A DNA stretch of 32,000 bases, from positions 210,001 to 242,000 of the forward strand of contig NZ_LGHJ01000016.1 in the NCBI RefSeq assembly GCF_001306055.1, read 5' to 3'. Made by a program: the position numbers and the translations under genes. Each line of letters begins with the position of its first letter. Position 1 is the stretch's first letter. This DNA comes from Bellilinea caldifistulae (GTDB lineage Bacteria > Chloroflexota > Anaerolineae > Anaerolineales > Anaerolineaceae). Shown piece after piece: positions 1 through 7,398 of this stretch. Below the pieces are notes generated by a model. That model made no database searches. It had not been told where the DNA came from and was given only the letters and a program-made list of their open reading frames with translations.

Positions 1-938
1 CCTGCAATCAGTGTCATCCATCTCAGGCAACAGAACTATTAGACAGCGTTCATTCAAAAATAATGGCAGAAGGCAATTTGAATGCGCCCATTTGTGCGGA
101 TTGTCATAATCCTCACGAACAACCGAAAATCAAAAAGGACGAGCAGGGCCGTCTGACGGCTGTCGAACATGCGCAATCTGCAATGGTGTGCGGACAGTGT
201 CATAGCACGATTTACGAGGATTATGCCAAGAGCGTACATGGTACTGGTGTGTTGGTGGATAAAAATCCGGACGTGCCCTCTTGCATTGATTGTCATGGCG
301 TTCATAGCGTAAGGGGGCCAATCGGTGGAGCAGCGTTCCGATTATCTTCTCCCAAGATTTGTGCGGACTGCCACACGAACGAAGAAATTATGTCCAAGTA
401 TGGGCTTTCGACTCAAGTGCTGCAAACTTATATTGCAGACTTTCATGGAACAACGGTAACCTTGTTTGAAAAACTTGACCCGGATCAACAAATCAATATG
501 CCGGTTTGTTACGATTGCCATGGCGTTCATGACATTCGCCGGGCGGATGATCCGGAAAAGGGATTGCAAGTCAAGCAAAATCTACTGGCTACCTGTCAGA
601 AGTGTCACCCCGACGCTACCGAAAACTTCCCGGATGCCTGGTTGAGTCACTATATACCTGACCGCAATCGTTACCCGCTGGTGTATTGGGTGAATGAATT
701 CTACAAGTATTTCATTCCAACGGTGTTGGGTGGCATGGGATTGTTTGTGGTCAGTGATATTTACCGACGATGGGTTGTAGATCGACGGAAGAAAAATTCC
801 ATTCCTGCCGAAACCGTTGTTGAAAGCCAGAAGGAGACACAGGACAGTGACTCCCTTCAAGACCAACAGGAAATTAAATCTGTAGAAGAAGAAAATCAAA
901 TCACTGATGAGAAACGGCAGGATGAGGAGAATTCGTGA
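1..938 (+). CDS. Multihaem c-type cytochrome (5' end outside window) with C-terminal membrane anchor
   Basis: The frame is open from nt 3 (CNQCHP...) into the listed ORF 63..938. Seven CxxCH motifs are visible: CNQCH, CADCH, CGQCH, CIDCH, CADCH, CYDCH, CQKCH. One hydrophobic helix (FIPTVLGGMGLFVVSDIY) is followed by RRWVVDRRKK and an acidic low-complexity tail. Confidence 0.85.
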   Translation, partial: CNQCHPSQATELLDSVHSKIMAEGNLNAPICADCHNPHEQPKIKKDEQGRLTAVEHAQSAMVCGQCHSTIYEDYAKSVHGTGVLVDKNPDVPSCIDCHGVHSVRGPIGGAAFRLSSPKICADCHTNEEIMSKYGLSTQVLQTYIADFHGTTVTLFEKLDPDQQINMPVCYDCHGVHDIRRADDPEKGLQVKQNLLATCQKCHPDATENFPDAWLSHYIPDRNRYPLVYWVNEFYKYFIPTVLGGMGLFVVSDIYRRWVVDRRKKNSIPAETVVESQKETQDSDSLQDQQEIKSVEEENQITDEKRQDEENS

Positions 939-2116
939 TGAGCGAGAATCAGAAAACCTACACCCGCTTTAGTCTGGCTGAGCGAATTGAGCATATTGTA
1001 CTGATTGCCTCTTTCACCACCCTGGCAGTTACCGGTTTGGTGCAGAAGTTTGCTCAAAGTTCAATCTCGATTTCGATTATTGCTGCGTTGGGCGGAATTG
1101 AAATAACCCGCATCATTCACCGCGCCGCCGCGATTGTGTTCCTGGTACAGGCAATTTACCATCTGGTTGCGATTGGATATAAACTGTATGTTCAACGTAA
1201 GGAAGCCAGCATGCTGCCGGGATTTAAGGATTTGCAGGATGCTTTTCAGCATTTCCTTTACAATCTTGGATTGAGGAAAGAACGCCCCAAGATGGATCGG
1301 TATAACTTTGTCGAAAAAGCAGAGTATTGGGCGATGGTGTGGGGATTAGTGCTGATGGCCTTGACCGGGTTCATGATGTGGAATCCAATTGCCACAGCCC
1401 GCATTCTGCCGGGACAGGCCATCCCGGCAGCAAAAGTCGCTCATGGCGCAGAGGCTATTCTGGCAGTACTGGCTATTTTTATCTGGCATTTTTATCATGT
1501 CCACTTGAGAACTTTTAACAAAAGCATGTTCACCGGGAAATTGAGCCGGCATGAAATGGAAGAAGAACATGCGTTGGAATTGGAAAAAATCGAGAAGGGG
1601 CTGCTCCCACCGCCTCCCTCGCCGGAAGAATTAAAGCGAAGAAAACGAATTTACTACCCGGTTGCGGCTGTGTTGAGCCTGATTCTCTTGTTTTTTGTTT
1701 ATCGCTTTGTAACCTATGAGCAAACGGCAATTACGACCATTCCGCCGGTTTCAGCCCAATCAGAGAATGTATTTGTTCCGCAAACTCCCACTCCACTGCC
1801 TACTCGGCCACCAACGCCCACGTCGATCCCCACTCCGGCAGGACAATCTTTTGAAGGGCCGCTGAGTTGGAATAACGGCATTGGTCAGATTCTCGTTCAA
1901 CGCTGCGGCAGTTGTCATGGGGCAATGGGCGGTTTGGCTCTGAATAGTTATGAGACCGCCATGAAAGGTGGAAGGTCGGGTGCGGTGATTGTAGCCGGGG
2001 ATAGCGAAGCAAGCCGGCTGGTCACCACGGTTCGAGATGGAAATCACCCCGGTAAGTTTGAGCCACAAGAACTCGAACTAATTATCCGCTGGATTCAAGA
2101 AGGGGCTCAAGAATAA
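935..2116 (+). CDS. FdnI/HydC-type b cytochrome membrane subunit fused to a C-terminal PSCyt1-like monohaem c domain
   Basis: N-terminal RFSLAERIEHIVLIASFTTLAVTG and four His-bearing helices are followed by a fifth helix, a Pro/Thr linker and LVQRCGSCHG...WIQEGA. The start (GTG 935 or ATG 938) overlaps the upstream TGA (936-938). Confidence 0.8.
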   Translation: MMSENQKTYTRFSLAERIEHIVLIASFTTLAVTGLVQKFAQSSISISIIAALGGIEITRIIHRAAAIVFLVQAIYHLVAIGYKLYVQRKEASMLPGFKDLQDAFQHFLYNLGLRKERPKMDRYNFVEKAEYWAMVWGLVLMALTGFMMWNPIATARILPGQAIPAAKVAHGAEAILAVLAIFIWHFYHVHLRTFNKSMFTGKLSRHEMEEEHALELEKIEKGLLPPPPSPEELKRRKRIYYPVAAVLSLILLFFVYRFVTYEQTAITTIPPVSAQSENVFVPQTPTPLPTRPPTPTSIPTPAGQSFEGPLSWNNGIGQILVQRCGSCHGAMGGLALNSYETAMKGGRSGAVIVAGDSEASRLVTTVRDGNHPGKFEPQELELIIRWIQEGAQE

Positions 2117-2139
2117 CCACAAATTTAAGTAGTTGAAAG

Positions 2140-2180
2140 AAAAAGCCGTAAATTGGAAATGATTTACGGCTTTTTCTTTT
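2140..2180. terminator. Bidirectional intrinsic terminator between convergent genes
   Basis: Perfect 13-bp stem AAAAAGCCGTAAA (2140-2152) / TTTACGGCTTTTT (2163-2175) with a 10-nt loop, then CTTTT. The right arm overlaps the last codons of the minus-strand regulator. Confidence 0.75.
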
Positions 2181-2790
2181 GCTGAGTGGTAACTGAAAAT
2201 CGACAGGTGAACGGAGATGAATGGTTGGGATGAATGTGCTGTTCGAGGGTTATTTTTGTTTCCAGATGATTTTGGAGAATCAATCTATCCATTTCGCACA
2301 ACTGTGGAAATTGAGACAGTAACTGGCGGTAAGGACAATTGGTGAAGATGATGCACGGGCCGTTTGGACGGGCTTCCCAGCGGGCTGCATAACCGGATAG
2401 GTTCAGACGATTGACCAGTTGAATGATTTTGGGGGTGAACGAGCCGGGAGGGGTGGGTTTGGGCGGAAAAAGTTGATTGGAGAGCCTTTGCAAGTTATAT
2501 TCCTGGCTGACGGTTGAATCATTCAAGAGAAGAGAGAGGGCTGCTCCTGCCAATAAAAGAATGTTATTGGGCTTGATATTTGGAGAAATCACGTAGGTTC
2601 GCGCTGGCCGGCCGCGTTGACCATTTTTGGTTGTTGAAGAGAGCGTTACCAAATTTTGTTTAAGCAAGCTGGATAGATGATAACGGATATCGGCTGGTGT
2701 AACCCGAAGGGCGTGACTGATCTGACGTACTGTGGAATCGGGCTTTTCCGAGAGATATTCAAGGATTTGTTGAGCAGTGTGCGGACCCAT
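2164..2790 (-). CDS. Winged-HTH transcriptional regulator, ArsR/COG2345 (SufR-like) type with C-terminal Cys residues
   Basis: N-terminal wHTH (QQILEYLSEKPDSTVRQISHALRVTPADIRYHLSSL). The C-terminal part has NCPY...FPQLCEMD, resembling the SufR family. Cys residues are at positions 146, 152, 165 and 196. Confidence 0.6.
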   Translation of the reverse strand: MGPHTAQQILEYLSEKPDSTVRQISHALRVTPADIRYHLSSLLKQNLVTLSSTTKNGQRGRPARTYVISPNIKPNNILLLAGAALSLLLNDSTVSQEYNLQRLSNQLFPPKPTPPGSFTPKIIQLVNRLNLSGYAARWEARPNGPCIIFTNCPYRQLLSQFPQLCEMDRLILQNHLETKITLEQHIHPNHSSPFTCRFSVTTQQKKKP

Positions 2791-2808
2791 GATTAATTAC
2801 GCAAAAAT

Positions 2809-2838
2809 ATTTTATCTTAATTATCAATTGACAGTCAA
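2809..2838 (-). promoter_or_regulatory. Candidate sigma70 promoter of the regulator gene
   Basis: On the minus strand: TTGACT (2838..2833), 18-bp spacer, TAAAAT (2814..2809). The ATG lies about 19 nt downstream of the -10, giving a very short leader. Confidence 0.5.
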
Positions 2839-2855
2839 GCAGGATGCGGTAGAAT
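2828..2855 (+). promoter_or_regulatory. Candidate sigma70 promoter of the nuoB-led operon
   Basis: TTGACA (2828-2833), 16-bp spacer, TAGAAT (2850-2855), about 60 nt upstream of the nuoB ATG. Confidence 0.6.
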
Positions 2856-2917
2856 AATGGTTAACTTCAATCTTTTGCCAAATTTTCCCCACGGTCTGCT
2901 CCGAGAAAGGTTTTCCG

Positions 2918-3577
2918 ATGGATGAGTCTCTGAATTCTGCGGGTTATGAAATTCCTCCCGAAATGCAGGGTCAGGTTGCCGTAACCACACTGGATAAGAT
3001 CTATAATTGGAGCCGGAAAAATTCGCTATGGCCGATGATGTTTGGGCTGGCATGTTGTGCAATTGAAATGATTGGTACGGCGGCCAGCCGCTTTGATTTT
3101 TCTCGATTTGGGATGGAAGTCATGCGCCCCAGTCCGCGACAGGCGGATTTGATGATTGTTTCCGGCACAGTGACCAAGAAAATGATTCCTCAGATTGTGC
3201 GGTTGTACAATCAAATGCCAGAGCCGCGCTATGTAATCGCTATGGGGGCTTGTGCTTCGGGCGGGGGACCTTTCAAGGAGGGCTATACGGTGGTGGCGGG
3301 GGTGGATAAGTTCATCCCGGTGGATGTATACATCCCCGGCTGTCCACCCACTCCGCAGGCTTTGCTGCATGGGTTTATCACCCTGATGAAAAAGATTGAA
3401 AAACAATCGTTGCGAAGCGTGCCGTGGTATCAAAAAAAACCAGGCGAACCCATTCCTATCCCCGTCCTTGGTCCGGATTTGATGGACCCGCGGAAATTTG
3501 ATCTGATCAAGCAGGTTTGCAAGCCGATAGAAGTACAGGCGAATGAACAGCCGGAGGGAGAAACCGGTCATGAATGA
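2918..3577 (+). CDS. nuoB: NADH-quinone oxidoreductase subunit B
   Basis: [25 protein letters not shown] and IPGCPPTP (N2 cluster ligands). GAAAGG lies 8 nt upstream of the ATG. There is a C-terminal extension of about 45 aa. Confidence 0.95.
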   Translation: MDESLNSAGYEIPPEMQGQVAVTTLDKIYNWSRKNSLWPMMFGLACCAIEMIGTAASRFDFSRFGMEVMRPSPRQADLMIVSGTVTKKMIPQIVRLYNQMPEPRYVIAMGACASGGGPFKEGYTVVAGVDKFIPVDVYIPGCPPTPQALLHGFITLMKKIEKQSLRSVPWYQKKPGEPIPIPVLGPDLMDPRKFDLIKQVCKPIEVQANEQPEGETGHE

Positions 3578-5303
3578 ACAAATTGAACTCCAAGCATCCA
3601 GCCTAACCGATAAATTTCCTGAAATCGTCTCACTGGATACCAGAACGGGCTACACTGGATTTTTGGTAATGCCAGAAAATCTGATTACTGTCGCACAAAC
3701 CTTACGGGATGAGTTTGGCTACGATTATCTTTCCTCGGTCACCGGCGTGGATTACCTGCCGGAAAATAAGATGGAAGTGGTTTATCATTTTTATAGAACC
3801 ACCGGAGGTGGAGCGCTGGTACTGAAAACCCAGGTGGATCGCGAAAATCCGGTTGTGCCATCGCTCACACCGCTATATCCGGGGGCTGAGTTTCAGGAAC
3901 GCGAGGCATGGGATTTGCTGGGTATACGTTTTGCAAATCATCCGGACCTTCGGCGGATTCTGACCTGGGAGGGCTTCTACGGTCACCCTTTGCGAAAGGA
4001 CTGGAAAGAACCGTTCTTTGAAGAGGAGACCAAACCTTTCAAAAGCCGTTGGCCGGAAGGTCATGTTTATCGAGCGGAGGATAAAAATCCATTCCATGAT
4101 AATGTTCAATACCCACCAGGATTTGACCCCGAACAATGGTCACCTGAGACCGATGAATTGCTCTACGCCGGTTTAAAAAGGGTGGATAAATCAGATGACT
4201 TCTTAACCGAGCAAGTGGTGGTCAATCTTGGACCTCAGCATCCCTCAACGCATGGGGTTTTCCGTATGGTGGTGGTGCTGGATGGAGAAACCGTAGTTGA
4301 TCTGAAACCCATCATGGGCTATCTCCATCGCAACCATGAGAAAATCGGCGAACGTAATACTTTTTTGCAAAATATGCCATTCACTGACCGGCTGGATTAT
4401 GTATGCTCGATGAGCAATAATTTTGGTTATGCTTTGGCGGTTGAAAAGTTAATGGGAATTCAGCCACCGGAACGGGCGGAATACATCCGGGTCATGATGG
4501 CTGAACTGACCCGCTTTTTGAATCATATTTTTTCAATTGGCTTTCTGTTGAATGATCTGGGAGCGTTTTTTACGCCGATGCTATATGCGCTGGAAGAGCG
4601 GGAATTGATTCTGGATGTGTTCGAGGCGGTTTCCGGCTCACGGATGATGTGCAACTATTTTCGTTTTGGGGGTGTGGCGCGGGATATTCCAGATGAGGTC
4701 ATGGAAAAAATCCGCAAACTTGTGTTGGAGCGCCTGCCCAGAAAACTGGACGAGATGGATTACTTCATCACCAACAATGAAATCGTGCGCGGCCGTTGTG
4801 AGGGAGTCGGAGTATTAACCGCCGAACGCGCCATTGCGCTGTCGGCTTCCGGGCCGGTTTTGCGGGCTTCGGGTGTGGCTTACGATGTTCGCCGGGCTGA
4901 CCCATACAGTATTTATGACCGATTTGAGTTCGATATTCCCGTGCGTTACAATGGGGATATTTATGACCGCTACCTGCTGCGGCTGGACGAAATGCGCCAG
5001 AGTTTGCGAATTCTCCAGCAGGTAATGAGGGATATACCCGAAGGACCAATCATGAGCGGTAAACCGCAATATCAAGTCCGAGTACCCGCGGGCGAGTCAT
5101 ATGGAAGGGTTGAAGGCCCGAAAGGCGAGTTGGGTTTTTATGTGGTGTCGAACGGCAAACCCAATCCATGGCGATATCATGTGCGTGCACCAACATTTAT
5201 CAACCTGACCAGTCTGGCGGAAATGTGCCGCGGTCAAAAAATTGCCGATGTGGTGACCATCCTCGGCTCGATTGATATTGTGTTGGGCGAAGTAGACCGA
5301 TGA
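3570..5303 (+). CDS. nuoCD: NADH-quinone oxidoreductase fused subunit C/D
   Basis: A NuoC-like N-terminal half ([26 protein letters not shown]) is fused to NuoD ([24 protein letters not shown]-terminal DIVLGEVDR). I set the start at ATG 3570, with GGAGGGAG 9 nt upstream and the ATG overlapping the end of nuoB (ATGAATGA, stop 3575-3577). The ORF-track ATG 3543 lies deeper inside nuoB. Confidence 0.93.
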   Translation: MNEQIELQASSLTDKFPEIVSLDTRTGYTGFLVMPENLITVAQTLRDEFGYDYLSSVTGVDYLPENKMEVVYHFYRTTGGGALVLKTQVDRENPVVPSLTPLYPGAEFQEREAWDLLGIRFANHPDLRRILTWEGFYGHPLRKDWKEPFFEEETKPFKSRWPEGHVYRAEDKNPFHDNVQYPPGFDPEQWSPETDELLYAGLKRVDKSDDFLTEQVVVNLGPQHPSTHGVFRMVVVLDGETVVDLKPIMGYLHRNHEKIGERNTFLQNMPFTDRLDYVCSMSNNFGYALAVEKLMGIQPPERAEYIRVMMAELTRFLNHIFSIGFLLNDLGAFFTPMLYALEERELILDVFEAVSGSRMMCNYFRFGGVARDIPDEVMEKIRKLVLERLPRKLDEMDYFITNNEIVRGRCEGVGVLTAERAIALSASGPVLRASGVAYDVRRADPYSIYDRFEFDIPVRYNGDIYDRYLLRLDEMRQSLRILQQVMRDIPEGPIMSGKPQYQVRVPAGESYGRVEGPKGELGFYVVSNGKPNPWRYHVRAPTFINLTSLAEMCRGQKIADVVTILGSIDIVLGEVDR

Positions 5304-5319
5304 GGCGCAAGGAGAAAAA

Positions 5320-5934
5320 ATGATCACTGGAAGCGGCATCTTAAGAGGATTGTGGACGACCTTCCGGCACTTTATCAAGACCTACCTTGAAGACCTGCGG
5401 AGTGGAAAAAAACGCTACTTCACTAAAGAGGGAATTGAACTCAGACGCAGTCCGGATGTAGAAGGCATCTTTACAATCCAATATCCAGAAGAAAAACTAC
5501 CCGTACCCGAAGAATTTCGCTACATTCCTTTTTTGGTGTATGATGAAGGCGAAAACGGTGAGAAAGAAATTCGCTGTACCTCATGTGGAATCTGCGCGAA
5601 GGTGTGTCCGCCGCAATGCATCTGGATTGTGCGAACGAATGACCCGGTAACAGGCAAACCAATCCCACAGCCAAAAGAGTTTTACATTGATGTGGACATC
5701 TGTATGAATTGTGGATTCTGTGCCGAATTTTGTCCGTTTGATGCAATCAAGATGGATCACGATTATGAAATCGCCTCGTACGACCGTTTTAAAGAGCATA
5801 TCTTTGATCTGGAGCGCTTGAGCAAGCCGGCTTCGTACTACGCTCAAATCCGACCGACGAATTTTGCAAGGGAAGAAGCCGCCCGGGCTGAAAAAGAAGC
5901 CCAAAAAGCGGCCGCCAGAAAGGTAAACCCTTAA
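5320..5934 (+). CDS. nuoI: NADH-quinone oxidoreductase subunit I (2x[4Fe-4S])
   Basis: CTSCGICAKVCP and CMNCGFCAEFCP. AAGGAG lies 6 nt upstream. Lys/Ala/Glu-rich C-terminal tail. Confidence 0.9.
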   Translation: MITGSGILRGLWTTFRHFIKTYLEDLRSGKKRYFTKEGIELRRSPDVEGIFTIQYPEEKLPVPEEFRYIPFLVYDEGENGEKEIRCTSCGICAKVCPPQCIWIVRTNDPVTGKPIPQPKEFYIDVDICMNCGFCAEFCPFDAIKMDHDYEIASYDRFKEHIFDLERLSKPASYYAQIRPTNFAREEAARAEKEAQKAAARKVNP

Positions 5935-5961
5935 TTTCGACTTTCGAGGAAACCCAACCCC

Positions 5962-6282
5962 ATGTATAATAGCGATACGGAAGTGATGTTTCCTCCGCGG
6001 GTCATCAGCCATTTGCGCAATTTACGCGGAGTTGAATGGCAAGCATTAATCGATCAGGTTTGCTCTGCCGAAGCAAGTTTGGTAGATCGCGCAGCCTTCA
6101 CCTTGATGATGGTGCGATTGGGCGGTTGCCAGACCTGCACCATTGATTCGTACCGCGGCATGCGGGGTTGTACCATGTGTGCCAGACAAACCATACGACG
6201 TTTTCGTGGAGCAGACCACGAGCTGGTTAAGCAATTTGAACACTGCAAAAGCGAAGTGCAACAATTCGTTAATAAAATCTGA
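5962..6282 (+). CDS. Small Cys-rich hypothetical protein (CxxC-x10-CxxC)
   Basis: 106-aa ORF that fills the otherwise 376-bp nuoI-mrp gap, on the operon strand. Six Cys include CQTC (nt 6127-6138) and CTMC (6169-6180). I recognise no family. ATG 5986 is an alternative start. Confidence 0.55.
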   Translation: MYNSDTEVMFPPRVISHLRNLRGVEWQALIDQVCSAEASLVDRAAFTLMMVRLGGCQTCTIDSYRGMRGCTMCARQTIRRFRGADHELVKQFEHCKSEVQQFVNKI

Positions 6283-6310
6283 GAATGATAAAGAAACGTG
6301 AGGAAGATTA

Positions 6311-7393
6311 ATGAATTCACCTATAATTTCCAAAGAAGCCGTCCTTGCAGCTTTAAGCAAGGTTGAGGAGCCGGAATTGCATCAAGATCTGGTTTCGCTC
6401 AATATGGTTCAAAACCTCCAGATTGAGGATGGTAAGGTAAATTTTGATATTGTACTGACAACGCCAGCCTGTCCCTTAAAAGGAAAAATTGAAGCCGAAG
6501 CACGTCAAGCGGTCCTTTCGGTTCCGGGAGTGAAGGAAGTCAATATCCGCTTTGATGCGTATGTTCGTAACGATGGACATGCGCGTGGATTGATGGAAAT
6601 TCCGGTTAAAAATGCGGTGGCGGTTGCATCTGGCAAAGGCGGAGTGGGAAAAACCACTGTGGCGGTGAACCTTGCCGTTGCATTAGCCCAAAGTGGAGCG
6701 CGGATTGGGCTTTTGGATGCAGACATTTATGGCCCAAATGTGCCGCGCATGATGGGGGTTGACCGTCTCCCGCCGATTCAGGGAGAAAAGATCAAACCCG
6801 CCGAAGCCTATGGGGTAAAGGTCATGTCTATTGGCTTTTTAGTGCCACCTGGTAAAGCGTTGATCTGGCGCGGCCCAATGCTACATTCTGCCATTCGGCA
6901 ATTTTTGGGAGATGTGGATTGGGGATTGCTGGATTATCTGATTATTGATCTGCCACCGGGAACTGGAGATGCCCAGCTCAGTCTGGCACAATCCATGCCA
7001 CTTAGCGGAGGGGTCATCGTTACCCTGCCGCAGGCAGTTTCGCTGGAGGATGCCAGTCGTGGGATTCAAATGTTTGAGCAGTTGAATGTCCCGATATTGG
7101 GTGTTATTGAAAATATGAGTTATTTACAAATGCCGGATGGGACGGTTGTGGACGTGTTTGGGAGAGGGGGAGGAGAAATACTGGCCAAACAGCATCAGGC
7201 GCCTTTCCTGGGGGTGATTCCTTTGGAACCGGCCGTAAGAGTGGGTGGCGATGAAGGAAAACCGATTGTTCTTTCCCAACCAGAATCGGCAGCCGGTAAA
7301 GCCTTACGGCAAATAGCAGAACATCTGGCTGCTCAATTGAGCATTGCTGCCTTCAAAAGACAAGGCGGCGTAAAAATTGAAATGGTGGAGTAA
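6311..7393 (+). CDS. mrp: Mrp/ApbC/NBP35-family P-loop ATPase with N-terminal DUF59 (MIP18) domain
   Basis: DUF59 motif TTPACPLKG, deviant Walker [19 protein letters not shown] and ENMS. GAGGA lies upstream. The family CxxC motif is absent (see findings). Confidence 0.9.
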   Translation: MNSPIISKEAVLAALSKVEEPELHQDLVSLNMVQNLQIEDGKVNFDIVLTTPACPLKGKIEAEARQAVLSVPGVKEVNIRFDAYVRNDGHARGLMEIPVKNAVAVASGKGGVGKTTVAVNLAVALAQSGARIGLLDADIYGPNVPRMMGVDRLPPIQGEKIKPAEAYGVKVMSIGFLVPPGKALIWRGPMLHSAIRQFLGDVDWGLLDYLIIDLPPGTGDAQLSLAQSMPLSGGVIVTLPQAVSLEDASRGIQMFEQLNVPILGVIENMSYLQMPDGTVVDVFGRGGGEILAKQHQAPFLGVIPLEPAVRVGGDEGKPIVLSQPESAAGKALRQIAEHLAAQLSIAAFKRQGGVKIEMVE

Positions 7394-7398
7394 ATTGA

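Noticed and set aside
3026-3571. 181-aa minus-strand ORF antisense to nuoB, and the similar 5581..6012 ORF antisense to nuoI.
   Set aside because: nuoB and nuoI are unambiguous on the plus strand. The antisense products have no motifs.
3570-5303. Possibility that the NuoD-like half is a [NiFe]-hydrogenase large subunit (group 4 / Ech-Mbh-like module).
   Set aside because: The N-terminal RxCGxC Ni-ligand motif is replaced by HPSTHGV. The C-terminal DPCxxC motif is replaced by DIVLGEVDR. It therefore has genuine NuoD character.
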